Source: Dehalococcoidia bacterium (GTDB lineage Bacteria > Chloroflexota > Dehalococcoidia > UBA2979). From it: DNA of 64,000 bases. Under the pieces are notes generated by a model, which was given only the letters and a program-made list of their open reading frames with translations, had not been told where the DNA came from and did no database searches. Location of the stretch: contig OZ253555.1 of assembly GCA_965262725.1 (NCBI GenBank), positions 1,984,001 through 2,048,000 of the forward strand, written 5' to 3'. Positions within the stretch are counted from its first letter, which is position 1, and each line of letters begins with the position of its first letter. Of the stretch, positions 10,740 through 21,547 are shown in pieces. The translations under genes were made by a program, and so were the position numbers.

Positions 10740-10838
10740 TCCCGGTCCCCGGGGGTGGGGCCAGATCAGAGGATCAAAGTGGGGCCAGATGTAAGCATCA
10801 TTCCCACCGACGGGGGCCGCTTCCTTGGCCCGTACTCC

Positions 10839-12521
10839 TCATGAAGGTACGAAAGTGGCGTGGCTGTGCTCGCGGGACCGGCGAAGCGGGCTGGCGGCAA
10901 AGTGCACAGGCGCGGTTTGGGCGTACGCTCGTGGCGCGGGAGATCGCCCGCCGCGTTTACCTGCGTAAGGGCTCCCTAGAACCGTGCGGCCCAGGGCAGC
11001 GTGTTCCCATCCATAGGTGAGAACGACCGAGCGCTCAGCCTCGCCCGTCCACAGAGCACCTCTGCGCGCTTGTGGTGGGAGCCCCGGAAGGATCTCAACA
11101 GCTGCACGCCGCATCCAAGGAAGCCTCTGTGACCACGGCGCAACGCGTACCGACAATGACTCGGTTCCGAGATCTTCAACCAATCCGTGCCGAGCCGCCT
11201 CGCTCCCTACCCTCACAACGACTTCGTCAAGGGCAACTCCGTCACGGCGCAGTCGATCCAGGGCAACATGCAGTGCGTCGGCCTTGGGATTCGCATCAGA
11301 AATCAGGGCGTGCAGCTGTAGCCCGCTTTCACGAAGTGCTGGCCAGGTGGTCTCCCGGAAGGTGTGCCACGGCCCCGCAAAGAGTGAGTGGCTGTTCGCC
11401 TCGAGCGTGTTGCGCAGGCTACGCAAGGACCTCGTACGGTGATCGAGCGCAGCTGATCGGTCGTATGCCTCAACAGAACCAACGAGCTGGGCCAGGATGC
11501 TGACCATCCGCCGAGCAGCTACAAACGGGTAGGGAGCAGGAGCGAGTACATCATTACCTGCTCGGAGTAGCACAAACGCCCGCCGGAAGAGTTGCTCGAG
11601 ATCCGGTGCCGAGATTCTCACGACGGAGGGCTGCGCATCGGATCGTGTGAGTAAGGCGTTCGTCGACAAGACCGAGGCGCTGCTCTCTACGCCTACGACT
11701 CTCATGAGATCGGCGATGACCTCGGACGTTGCGCAGAATTGTCTGAAGTGTGCAGACCGGGACTGAACAAGCGACACTGTGTCCTCATCGCCGAGGTCAG
11801 AGATGACAATGACTCTTTCGACGCGGTGCGCTCGGACCCAGTCCAGTGCACGGGCGAGGAGCTCAGAGCCTCCAAGCGTGGTCCGGTCGACAATTGCCAC
11901 CCCACCTGACTCGCCTCTCAACGAGGGCCAACCGACTCGTGTATTGAGGTAGAGCAGGCTACCTCGGCGAAAATCCACAATCCGCCCGTCAGGACTCACA
12001 ATTCTCCCGTCGCTGCGCACTCGGCGGACGCCCAGTCCCTCCGCGAGGTTGACTCCCTCCACCGTCATGCTGGAGAGCCTCCGCTGCATAGCAGTGTCCA
12101 TTGCTATGACGACGGTGGAACCTTGAGAGGCGGCCGGTGTACCAGTCTCAAAGGCGCGGCTGTAGAGCCGAGCGAGATGTGCTACTAGTCCCATCGCGAT
12201 CGCGAATTCACTTCGCCCGCGGGGGAGTTGAATGACAAGCGCCTGTAGGCCCGCGGGGCTCGCAGTGTGGCGAAGCAGACGAAGAATGAGCGCTACGAGC
12301 GCCTGGTCGAGTGCCCCTAGTTGAAACCTGGCACGACCATCTCGCAGATGTAGTTCCTCGATCGCATCAAAGAGACGATCGTCGCCTTTCCCGAAGGGTA
12401 TTAGCCGGTCGACCCAGTCATCACTGCGGTTCTCCATGACGGTAGGAGGCGCAGTGGAGCATCTCTGGGGCACCGAGTCTGACGGGTTGCTCACTCCCGA
12501 GGCTCCAGGCTGTGCATCCAC
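10839..12521 (-). CDS. Hypothetical protein, possibly a degenerate SF2-helicase-like fold; probably 3'-truncated
   Basis: 560-aa ORF with lower GC; NPKADAL..VVVRVGS resembles a RecA2 lobe; no Walker A seen; the tail after ~10975 looks foreign. Confidence 0.45.
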   Translation of the reverse strand: MDAQPGASGVSNPSDSVPQRCSTAPPTVMENRSDDWVDRLIPFGKGDDRLFDAIEELHLRDGRARFQLGALDQALVALILRLLRHTASPAGLQALVIQLPRGRSEFAIAMGLVAHLARLYSRAFETGTPAASQGSTVVIAMDTAMQRRLSSMTVEGVNLAEGLGVRRVRSDGRIVSPDGRIVDFRRGSLLYLNTRVGWPSLRGESGGVAIVDRTTLGGSELLARALDWVRAHRVERVIVISDLGDEDTVSLVQSRSAHFRQFCATSEVIADLMRVVGVESSASVLSTNALLTRSDAQPSVVRISAPDLEQLFRRAFVLLRAGNDVLAPAPYPFVAARRMVSILAQLVGSVEAYDRSAALDHRTRSLRSLRNTLEANSHSLFAGPWHTFRETTWPALRESGLQLHALISDANPKADALHVALDRLRRDGVALDEVVVRVGSEAARHGLVEDLGTESLSVRVAPWSQRLPWMRRAAVEILPGLPPQARRGALWTGEAERSVVLTYGWEHAALGRTVLGSPYAGKRGGRSPAPRAYAQTAPVHFAASPLRRSREHSHATFVPS

Positions 12522-12899
12522 CGGAAGAACGCACCGTACCTGCGGGTCCGAGCTGACGTGAGAGTACTCACATGCCCGCGCTCCGCGTTGCGTGAGCCGC
12601 GACCCACCCCCTGCAGAGACTCGCGGTACCGTCTCCGTTGGAGAAGCCAGCTCGCAACCATCTTGCGCTGCTTACTACCCAGCACGCTGATCTCAGGCTC
12701 TTCGCCGGGTCTCACATGTGACGAGAGAGCCCATGACGATCCGTCAATTGGGAGATCCGCCTCTTTCGGTTGGTTCTTCTCAAGCAGACGCAATATACAG
12801 CTCGACCCTGAGGCTCACCCGTCAGCGGGGGCTGCTGCTGGCTCTCGGCAAGCGGAGTGTTGTGCTGGTGGCGACCCCTATTGGCACCTGTCGGCCGGT

Positions 12900-13304
12900 G
12901 GTGGGTACGGCGTGCCGATCACGATCGTGAACTTCGAGGTGTTCGATCCGGTGGACGGCTCCCAGTTGCTGATGTGCGAGGTCACCGAGGACGAGGCCCG
13001 GCCGCCGCGCCGGGAGGGGACGCGCCACAGCGTCGAGGCGATCCGGCACCGCGCCCGGGAGGAAGGCGTCGGCGTGCCGTTCGACCGCTTCCTCGACATG
13101 GCGAAGGAGGCCGGGCTCGTGGTTCGGCCGTACTCGCGAGCCGTCATGATCGCGCCTCCCGCGAATCGCAGCCGCTTCCTGATGTACGCGCGACCCGATT
13201 CCGGCCGCATCGTCCTGAGCGCGGGGCCGGCTCAGGAAGCGACCGCCGCGATTGGTCCGTATGAGCGCGGAGGCGCTCCGCATTTGGCCGGTGCCGAGCT
13301 GTAG
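12900..13304 (+). pseudogene. C-terminal remnant of a NucS-like nuclease-domain protein
   Basis: YGVPITIVNFEVFDPVDGSQLLMCEV resembles MGVPVNVATVQHFEDGAGTELVAQV of 28967-30010; the catalytic N-terminus is missing. Confidence 0.5.
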
Positions 13305-14204
13305 GCGCGCCTCGACCAGCTCGAGGCATTCCTGCGGTCGTTGCCCCGAGCGGAGGACGAGGCCGGGTAGCGGGGCCCGCTCGCCGTCGGCTGGCGGCGG
13401 GTGCGGTCTTCCAGGAGGCGACCTTGACCGTCGCCAGGCGGATGTGCCTTTCGTCGCTCGCCCTGGGCCGGGAACGGGAGCGGACGGCTCGGCGGGCGCT
13501 CCCCTGCAGCCGGTCGACGACTCTGGCGGGTAGCCCTGTCGCATGCCGAGTTGAGTCAGGCCTTGGTTCTCGCTACCGGACGCGTGCCCTCGAGATGGCT
13601 CTGAGGAACGAGGGAAACGACGCCTTGCTCGGCGTGGAGCGTGAATCGAGGTCCGTGGCTCCCTACATCCATCTACGTTTGCACGGGAACGGCGGTTGGT
13701 AGTAGGATCCCCTGCACAAACGGTCGCGCCGCTGGGGCACTACGTCCGTGTACGCGACCGTCCTGCGCGGGGCTGGTCGCACACGATCGGGAGCCCTCAC
13801 ACCACGAGGTCATCGAAGACGCTCCGCTCACTCGAGATAGGAAGCGATCCGGCAGCCCCCGCCCGATACGAGCCCCTAGGACCATCGTCCTTGGGTGGGG
13901 ATTCCCCGCGCTCCGCGATCCACTCCCAACGCATTGAGAGGATCCGTGCGGCGGTGCTCGATGCGTGGTTGTCGCCGGGGAACTCACGCCGAAGTGCTTC
14001 GGCGAATTGCTCGAGCGGGTCGCTGAAGTACTCCGGATCCTCATTGCCGTCGTAGTGGCTCAGGAATCCGTTCACCGCGCCGGACGGATCCGCCATGACC
14101 TCCGATCGCAGGCGGTCCCGCAGGATGGCCTCATCTCCTTCGCTGAGCAGGGAGCGGAGACCGTCCGACCAAAGCACCGCTGCGTCGGTGCCGTCTAGGC
14201 AATA

Positions 14205-15532
14205 GGGCACCTCGAAGAACTCGCGATTGTTGATGAAGGTATCGGTGAGGGCACGAGGGGGCAGAGGGCGTAGCTGAGGAGACCCCAGGGGGTGTGGGTG
14301 AGTCCGCGAGAGCATAGGTGAAGCGGGATAATTGACAGTTAAACGGGACTGTCAAAGCACCGAACTAGAGGCTGGTGTGAGGTCTGTGGACGGGTGGCGG
14401 CAAGCTAGGCCGCGGCAGCCGTACGGCGGTGTTCGAGGTGCGCCAGACGGCGAATATTGTACGCCAGGTTCTTGAAGCCGATCTGCGTCACTGCCCGCCG
14501 CACGCCGATCGTACGGATGTGCGTGCCGCCCATCTCGTTCGTCTGCGAGCCGAAGATGTGCTCAACCCGGGCCCGTACTTGCGACCATCCCCGGTTGACC
14601 GCCTCCTCAGCCGCCGTCAACGGCCGGTTGGCAGCGGCCTTCCGATGGATGCGGCTCGTCAGACCTTTCTCCGTGAGCATTGCCTCAATCGCCCGCGACC
14701 GATAGGCACGGTCTGCCCACACATCGGGTGACGTGTTCGGAGAGTCGAGCAGCTGGTCGATCACCTGGCTGTCATGGACCGCGGCATCGGTGACGGCGTA
14801 GGAACGCACCAGCTTGTGGCGCCGATCGATGGTGATGTGGTTCTTGTAGCCGTAGTGACTCTTCCCGTGCTTCTTCGTCCAGCGGGCGTCGAGGTCTTTC
14901 TGGGCCAGCTTCGCCGGATTGAAGACCCACTCCGAGGGAATGAGGTCCTGCTTGAGCGACTCGTTCTCCCGGCGGCTGTTGCGCTGGATCGGCACCGAGA
15001 CGATCGAGGCGTCGACGATCTGTCCGCCACTGGCGCGGTAGCCCTGGCTGGCGAGATAGTGGTCGAAGGCCTGGAACAACTCGGCGATGGCGCCCGCCCT
15101 GGTCAACTGCTCGCGGTAGAGCCAGAAGGTGGTGGCGTCGGGCACCCGGCCTTCGATGCCTGTGCCGCAGAAGCGGGAGAAGGAGAGACGGTCGCGGATC
15201 TGATACTCAATCTGTTCATCGGAGAGGTTGTAGAGTACGCCGAGTATCAATCCCTTGAAGATGACGATTGCGTCCCATGGCTTGCGTCCGGCCGGTGATT
15301 TACGCTCTTCTTCGGGCGTGGCCCAGACGGCTTCTAACTGAGGTCTGAACTGCTCCCACGGGATGATTTGGTCGAGCTTGGCGAGTGGGTCGCCCTTGGC
15401 GTCGAGAGCGTCGTAGCGGTCGTCCACATTGAAGAATCCAAGTTGGCCCATATCATCCCCCGTAACCATGACACTGATGGCTACAGTATATCATTCACCA
15501 TGCCGACGATATAGTCATTCTTCGAAGTGCCC
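14205..15532 (-). mobile_element. IS5-family element (complete)
   Basis: 15-bp IR GGGCAC(C/T)TCGAAGAA; 4-bp TSD AATA (14201-14204, 15533-15536). Confidence 0.93.
14405..15469 (-). CDS. IS5 transposase
   Basis: IVDAS, DLDARWTKK..YGYKNH, ADRAY, RARVEHIF motifs. Confidence 0.95.
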   Translation of the reverse strand: MVTGDDMGQLGFFNVDDRYDALDAKGDPLAKLDQIIPWEQFRPQLEAVWATPEEERKSPAGRKPWDAIVIFKGLILGVLYNLSDEQIEYQIRDRLSFSRFCGTGIEGRVPDATTFWLYREQLTRAGAIAELFQAFDHYLASQGYRASGGQIVDASIVSVPIQRNSRRENESLKQDLIPSEWVFNPAKLAQKDLDARWTKKHGKSHYGYKNHITIDRRHKLVRSYAVTDAAVHDSQVIDQLLDSPNTSPDVWADRAYRSRAIEAMLTEKGLTSRIHRKAAANRPLTAAEEAVNRGWSQVRARVEHIFGSQTNEMGGTHIRTIGVRRAVTQIGFKNLAYNIRRLAHLEHRRTAAAA

Positions 15533-17487
15533 AATAGTCAATCAGATGCCGGGCGAACTCTGCTCGCACTACCTCCGGCAGTACTCCATTGCGCCGGAGA
15601 GTGACCACGAGGTTGTTCGCGGTATCGCCCTCCAACATAAGACCGGGCTCCGCAAGCGAGCGAAGAATGTCTGGGAATCGGTCGAAATACGCGATCTGGA
15701 AGCCCGGGACGCAGTGTCGGGCGATGTAGCTCTCCGTTCTCTCGAGATGCCGCCAAGCACTGCCGACGCTGTAGGGCTCGTTCAGGCGGTCCATGACCGT
15801 TGGCCACAGGTGTGGCGGGATCACAAGCGCATTCTCGATACCTACGTCGCCGCACGTCGTCTGATCGAGGAGCGTATCGATGCCGAGCCCGCCGAGCAGC
15901 AGGTGCAGCAACTCGGGATTGCGCAGGAGCTTGGCGTACGCATCTATCATCGTTGGATGCGCGAACGCCCACCCTAGACGCGAGTCGCGCGTGACCTCCG
16001 ACACGAGCGAACCGCTCATGGCTGCCAACGCTTGGGTCACGCCCCCAATAGAGGATCCGAGCCGCTCTATCAGTTCCGTTCCCGCATCGTCTGGCTCGAC
16101 CGGGCTCGGAATCCAGCCCCGACCGAGGAAAATGAGGCCGAGTGCCGCTCTGTTGTGTGCATCGAGGCCCTCGAAGATCGATTCGAGCATCTCCCGCGGT
16201 TCGTCGAGGAACCGTTGCAGCGCGGTCGGCGTGGGCTGGCGCAGGTGCTTTGTGAACATGGGCTCGGCTAGCCTGCGCGCCAGCTCCGGGGTGAAGCCCT
16301 GGTGCGATGCGAGAGCATCAAGGTGCGGGCGCAGCCGGAGCAGATACTCGCGGCTCTGTCGTCCATGCTTCAAGTGGTTGTAGAGAATCTGTTGGCGTTC
16401 CTGCACGTTCAGGTCGGCCACGTCGACGATCACCTGCGCTCCCTCGAGCAGGGGAAACGATCCGGGCTTCAGGTGTGGCCATGCCGACCTCAGCACGTAG
16501 TCGCGCGTGGTGAGCACGAACTTGCTGCCGCGATTGATCGCTGCGGTCACGCGTGGCGTCGCCCGCTGCCACGAGGAGGCGAGGTACGAGTTCAACTGCG
16601 TGGCGCCAAACGCGTCATCCAACCAGAAGAACTGGCGCTCGTCCGGATTCCAGCGATCCGCAAGCTCGGAGGCATCGTCGAGCGCCACGACGGTCGTGTC
16701 GAATCGATCGGCGGCAGCGAGCGCCAACTCGGCCGCGATCGTCGTCTTCCCGGTCATCGGTGCTCCGGATAGAAGAACAAACCCATGATGATCCAGGGCG
16801 TTGGCGGCGCGCTCGTAGGTCTCCGTTCGAACAAGCTTCGCCAGATCCATCCTCATGGTGTCCAGCACAGCCGCCGCTTGGCGGTAGGCCCGCTCGTCGA
16901 GAATCTGGGTGAGATCGCCGATCCCGTACAACCGGGGAACCAGCATGCGCAGCCGGCTGCTCTCCCTGATGGTGTGATTGAACCACGAGGCTCCTAGAAC
17001 CATCGTCTGCTGGACGCCGCGCGAGGCCAGCGCTTCCCGTATGGTCGATTCCGACCGTCCGGTCACCCGCGCGTTGGTCATCAGCACGTAGACATCGCAG
17101 CGGCCCTCGGCCACGAGGCGCTGCACCTTATGGAGCTCGTCCGCGATCAGTGACGGAGTGAGCGATTTCCCTGGCAGGGATGTGTGCTTGGCCTGGATGA
17201 CAAAGTTGCCTTGATACGACTCCTGCCCTCGGGGAGTCCAGGATCCGTAGAATGCGCCGTCGCGCCCAGCGTCGTCGGTCTCGACGAAGCCGACGACAGT
17301 CTGTCCGAGAAGCTCGCGTGCAACGGTATGGCAGAGGTTCTGGAAGTCATGCCAGCCGAGCAGGTGGAGGTCGAAGCTCGCCATCATGGATGGCACTCTC
17401 AGTTGAATCCGACGAGACTACGGTCGACCGATCGCGGCGCGGCCAGCTCCCACGTCAGCAACTCGTGAACTCCGTCGGCAATCGCTG

Positions 17488-18087
17488 TCAGAATTGGCGC
17501 CGCACCCGGCCCCAGAATTCGTGATCGATCTCGCGGCGGTCATCGGCGGCCTGCCAGAGTTCGCGGGAGTATGTGCTCATCTGATTGTCAGCCGCGACCG
17601 CGGGGCCATGAAAGAGCCACACCGACACGCCTTCCCGTTTCGCCAGTTCGACGGCGGGAACGAGGTCTCCATCCCCCGCGACCAATGCCGCGTGGGTGAT
17701 TTGTTGTTTGCCGCTCAGGAGCGCAATGTCCAATCCGAGGAGCAGGTCTACCTGCTTCTGACCGAAGATCGGACTCCCGTCGGATCGGGTTCCCTGGTGC
17801 TGCAGTCTTCCGAGTCGAACCTCGAAACGTGGAATGCTCGTAAGGGCGTTCTGGAAGCGTCGAAAACCCGAGTAGCGCTCGCGCTCGTCGTCTGTCGGCG
17901 GACTCGATTGATATGGCGGTGCCGAGTAGTAGAAGGCGCGTAGCAAGTCAACCGGCTCCGCGGTTGCTTCATCCACGGCCAAGGTGACCTGCCCTGCCAT
18001 CCTCCCGTAGTCCGCTCCGCCCTCGAACAGACGACGGGCCAGCGCGTCGACGTAACCGCCATCAATGAAGACCGCGAGCCTGGCCAA
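17488..18087 (-). CDS. NYN-domain (LabA/DUF88, PIN-like) ribonuclease
   Basis: VFIDGGY, QKQVDLLLGLDI, LVAGDGDLVPAV motifs; TTG start with GAGG RBS. Confidence 0.9.
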   Translation of the reverse strand: MARLAVFIDGGYVDALARRLFEGGADYGRMAGQVTLAVDEATAEPVDLLRAFYYSAPPYQSSPPTDDERERYSGFRRFQNALTSIPRFEVRLGRLQHQGTRSDGSPIFGQKQVDLLLGLDIALLSGKQQITHAALVAGDGDLVPAVELAKREGVSVWLFHGPAVAADNQMSTYSRELWQAADDRREIDHEFWGRVRRQF

Positions 18088-18210
18088 GACCGTGACCTCA
18101 GAGGGTGCCGAACACCCTTAGGGAGAGAGGGATACTGACCTGGCGTGCGGTCACCCGAACGCCAGGGGCGATACTGCCGATAGTGTCGACCGCTCTAGGG
18201 AGGGTGTCAA
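18088..18210 (-). promoter_or_regulatory. Sigma70-like promoter and structured 5' leader of the NYN gene
   Basis: TTGACA (18205-18210), 17 bp, then a weak GACACT; hairpins at 18139-18166 and 18102-18118; CAGTATC occurs twice. Confidence 0.55.
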
Positions 18211-18224
18211 GTACTCAGAAGGAG

Positions 18225-20276
18225 CCCAAACTTCCCATCTGTGGCTGGCGAGGCGCTCGAGAGGCGGTCACGGAACGCTGATCGGCGTCGTGTCGCGGAT
18301 TGGCGGGGTCGCGAGGCCGCTCCGAGCGCCTCCCGAGCACCGGAAGCTGCGGCGCAGGGACTCCGACTCGCCGGCGCGGGCCCCATTTGACACCACCCGG
18401 GCATGCAGCGGCCGGGTCATACAACGAGAATCGCACTGAGCAGCGGCTATATCGGGGGCGGAGCGCGCAGCGCCAGCAGTCGCCGCTGCGCCCGGAAGAG
18501 ATGCGTCGTGCCCGGGTGGCCCTCCGGCAGGCGAAGCGTCAGCTTCCGCGCGTGCCGCACCAGGCGCCCCGGGATCTGCAGCAGGGCGAAACGCACGGCC
18601 TTCATCCGCTTGCTCACCCACCCCGTGTCCAGCAGCAACTGCTTGATCACCGACATCACGTTGAACGCCAGCATCGTCAGCGCCCACCACACCGCGTTCG
18701 CTCCGAACAGCCCCGACGGGAGCCTGCCGCCCGCCAGGTCCGTCTTCATCACGCCGTGGACCTCTTCGCCCTTCCCCGCCCGCGCCCGGTACCAGGCGAT
18801 GACCTCATCGCCCGCTGGCTCGTGGCGGTTCGTCACCACTCCCGAGAACCGGTAGACACGTCCCGCTCGGCCCCGCAGCAGCGGCATGCCCAGATTCAGT
18901 TGCTCCTCCATCCCCGGGAGCACCTGCTGCCGCAGCGGCTCCCGCGTCGCCACGAACCGGTAGTCCGGGGCGTTCGCGCTGTAGCCGGCCCAGTTCGGCA
19001 CGTAGACGACCTCGGCGTACTCCTCGATGACCGTCCCGTCGGAAGTGCGGGAAAGCGGCTTCCACTCGCTCTCCGGCATCGCCTCTACGGCCCGACGGAA
19101 CTCGGTCGTGCGGTCCACGCCCACTACGAACTCGATGACGCCGAATCGGGAGCGGCCCTCCGCCATATAGCGGAGCAGCTCCCGCTGGTACCCCGCCGTG
19201 TCCGAGCGCATCGACACTCGCTCCACGCCAGAAGGGAGCAGCTCCAGCGATTCCTCGAGCACGCGCAGCTGCTGGTGACCGGCGGGGACGTTGCCGTCGC
19301 GGTACTCGGAGAGCACGACCGTGTCCTGCTCCGCCCAGTACACGGTGTGCGGCTGGTACGCCTTCTCCTTCGTGTAGGCGTAGAGCGCTTCGCGCTTCTG
19401 GGTCACAATCAGCGTCGCGTCCATGTCGAGCGTCGCGGAGGACTGCGGCCGGTGCGTGTTCAGGAATGCGAGCAGGTCGGCGTTGACGCGCTCCAGACCG
19501 CGCACGGTCGGGGACGGCTCCGGGATGAAGGCGGGCGGTCCCGTGGTGCGCAGGCGCTCCTGCTCCTCGTCGTGCTGGCGGCGGATCCAGCGGGAGAGCG
19601 CCGAGCCCGAGGGCACGCTCCGTGTGCGCCGGCAGCGCCAGCGCTTCCGCACCGCCGTCCGGGCGAACAAGCGCCGCATGCGCCGATTCAGGCCCCGCCC
19701 CGAGACCTCGTCGATGGCGCGCGCGAGCCCGGGGTCGCCCTGCAGGTGGTCGATATCGGAGAGCGACTCTCCGCCGGCGATGTTGAGCAGGAGCACGGCC
19801 TCCACCATCTCCGACGCGGTCCAGCCCTGGGTGGAGTCATCGGGGACGAATCGTTCGACGGCGTCGAGAAGGCCGGCACGCTGAATGAACTGGAGCGGGA
19901 GCACGAGGCCGGAGCTGGCGGTAAGGGCGGTGGAGTTGGTGTCGGCGCCGAACTCGATCGGGAGCCGCTGACGTGTCATGCTGTCTGCACCTCGCTGGTG
20001 AGTTTTCTTTTCGTACAGACACTCTCCAGCCTTGAGCGATCAAGGCGCCAGCGAGGTACCTCTCTCTTCACCGCGCTCGCTGCGGCCTCACCGGGACTGT
20101 GAGACGCTCGGAAACGCCGATCTGGGGGCGTGATCGGCGTCAGAAATGCGGCTCTGGCGGCCGGATCGGCGCGGCCGACGGTACATCTGCGTCCCGGGTG
20201 GCCTCCACCGGGCCGCTCAGGCCCGACGCAGTACCGTCAGCTTCCCGGGCCTACGAATCTTGATGGGATATCTGGG
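18225..20276 (-). mobile_element. IS1380-family element
   Basis: Imperfect IR CCCAAACTTCCCATC / CCCAGATATCCCATC; flanks AGGAG/CGGAG (imperfect TSD). Confidence 0.7.
18447..19979 (-). CDS. IS1380-family DDE transposase
   Basis: LTASSGL, TLDMDAT, MRSDTAGY, YRARAGKGE..K, LPSGLFGANAVW motifs. Confidence 0.9.
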   Translation of the reverse strand: MTRQRLPIEFGADTNSTALTASSGLVLPLQFIQRAGLLDAVERFVPDDSTQGWTASEMVEAVLLLNIAGGESLSDIDHLQGDPGLARAIDEVSGRGLNRRMRRLFARTAVRKRWRCRRTRSVPSGSALSRWIRRQHDEEQERLRTTGPPAFIPEPSPTVRGLERVNADLLAFLNTHRPQSSATLDMDATLIVTQKREALYAYTKEKAYQPHTVYWAEQDTVVLSEYRDGNVPAGHQQLRVLEESLELLPSGVERVSMRSDTAGYQRELLRYMAEGRSRFGVIEFVVGVDRTTEFRRAVEAMPESEWKPLSRTSDGTVIEEYAEVVYVPNWAGYSANAPDYRFVATREPLRQQVLPGMEEQLNLGMPLLRGRAGRVYRFSGVVTNRHEPAGDEVIAWYRARAGKGEEVHGVMKTDLAGGRLPSGLFGANAVWWALTMLAFNVMSVIKQLLLDTGWVSKRMKAVRFALLQIPGRLVRHARKLTLRLPEGHPGTTHLFRAQRRLLALRAPPPI

Positions 20277-20319
20277 CGGAGCTGAGCAACTCGCGAGTAG
20301 AGTGTGAGCGATGCGATCG

Positions 20320-20610
20320 GGGGGGTTCCCTATCTTCTCTGTCAAGGTCCACGGGGGTCGGGATTCGAGATCGGGGCAAGCCATCAGGCGGCCGCGACTT
20401 GGTGGCGGGTAGGTCTGGACCGGCTGTTGCAGGCGGAGCATGGTCAGGATCACGTCGCAGCGCCTGCGGGCAAGGCAGATGACCGCGGCGTTTTGCTTCT
20501 TCCCCTCGGCCCGCTTCCGGTCGTAGTAGGCTCTCGAGGCGGGCTCGCGAAGCGAGGCGAAGGCCGCGAGGAACATCGCGTTCTTGAGGCGGTGGTTGCC
20601 GCGCCGGCTG
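20320..20610 (-). pseudogene. IS110-family remnant (transposase C-terminus and right end)
   Basis: GNHRLKNAMFLAAFASLR..YYDRKRAEGK..ICLARRR; followed by TTGACA..ATAGGGA, typical of IS110 right ends. Confidence 0.8.
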
Positions 20611-20639
20611 CGCCCTTCGCCTCGGTCGCCTCGCCGCTC

Positions 20640-20915
20640 GCGTGCTGCCTGCTGCTACGCCGCCTCCGCCGCGTGCGCGTGGCGCAACGGCTCGTAGACC
20701 TCGCCGCTCTTCCAGAGCGCCAGCATCAGCACCGCCAGCCGCCTCGAGCCCACGACGACAGCGCGCTTCTGCGCACGGAAGGGGTACTGTCCTGCGCGTC
20801 ACCCGCCGTGGGACTCGTCAGCCTCCACTTTGGCTGCGATCACAACACACGGCAACGCGGCGTCCTCTCCGCTGTGCGTAGTGACGCGCGATCACAGCCT
20901 CGATGCTCTCCCATG
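20640..20915 (-). pseudogene. Second IS110/IS1111-family remnant, internally deleted
   Basis: KRAVVVGSRRLAVLMLALWKSGEVYEPLRH C-terminal motif joined to a non-coding end beginning ATGGGAGAGC. Confidence 0.5.
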
Positions 20916-21022
20916 GCGCGCGAGGTCACGGGAAGGTGGCGTGGCCAGGACCGGACACCCTCACGCCAGCGGCTCGGTGTCCGACCGGAGGCTACGGCGC
21001 GCTGGAGGGTGTGCGGTCGGAG

Positions 21023-21053
21023 GTGGCCGGACAGGTTCTGCCTGTCCGGCCAC
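21023..21053. terminator. Perfect 13-bp hairpin downstream of the ardC operon
   Basis: GTGGCCGGACAGG-TTCTG-CCTGTCCGGCCAC; no U-tract. Confidence 0.5.
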
Positions 21054-21070
21054 TGTCGCGAGCGACCCGC

Positions 21071-21388
21071 TCAGAGCCGCCACGCGAGCGGCTCGCCGTC
21101 GTTGAAGGCGACGAGCGCGTCGCGCACGGGCTCCGGGAGGCTCTCCCAGGGCGGCAGCTCGTAGCCGTCGAATCCGGCAACGGGCACCCACTCCCCCGGG
21201 GCGACCTCCTTCTCGATGATCTCGATCCCATAGTTGTGGAGCCCCCAGATCTGGGTGCGGCAGCGGTAGGGACCGGCCGCCTCTATGACGGCAACAACCT
21301 CGTCGGTGAAGTTGGGCCCATCGCCGTCCTCGAAGCCGAACTTCGAGAACGCGTCGGTGATCTCCCAGCAGATGATCCGTCGTGGCAT
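21071..21388 (-). CDS. Hypothetical protein (105 aa)
   Basis: AAGGAG RBS and protein-like composition (DAFSKFGFEDGDG..GLHNYGI). Confidence 0.7.
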   Translation of the reverse strand: MPRRIICWEITDAFSKFGFEDGDGPNFTDEVVAVIEAAGPYRCRTQIWGLHNYGIEIIEKEVAPGEWVPVAGFDGYELPPWESLPEPVRDALVAFNDGEPLAWRL

Positions 21389-21547
21389 CAGGTTCTCCTT
21401 CTCTCGGTGCTGTCATGGGTGGTTGGCCGGACCGGGTGCCCGGACCGGCGTGTTCTCAGCGCAACGCGGTGGGGTGGGGCATCGCCCGACGATCTCGATC
21501 GCGTCGAGCGCCGCCCCACCCCACCACGTGTGATCGGTTTCGGGCGG

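Larger units (their letters stand above)
8179..10807 (+). mobile_element. IS21-family element (complete)
   Basis: Terminal IR GTGGGAATGATGCT/AGCATCATTCCCAC, subterminal TGGCCCCAC repeats, 6-bp TSD CGACGG (8173-8178, 10808-10813). Confidence 0.9.
13797..17396 (-). pseudogene. Restriction-endonuclease plus STAND-type (nSTAND3-like) NTPase, split by IS5
   Basis: N-terminal DFQNLC..DAGRDG..VIQAK (Mrr-like), GAPMTGKTT, FWLDDAFG. Removing the IS restores the frame ..HLIDY|CLDGTD.. (~750 aa). Confidence 0.85.
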
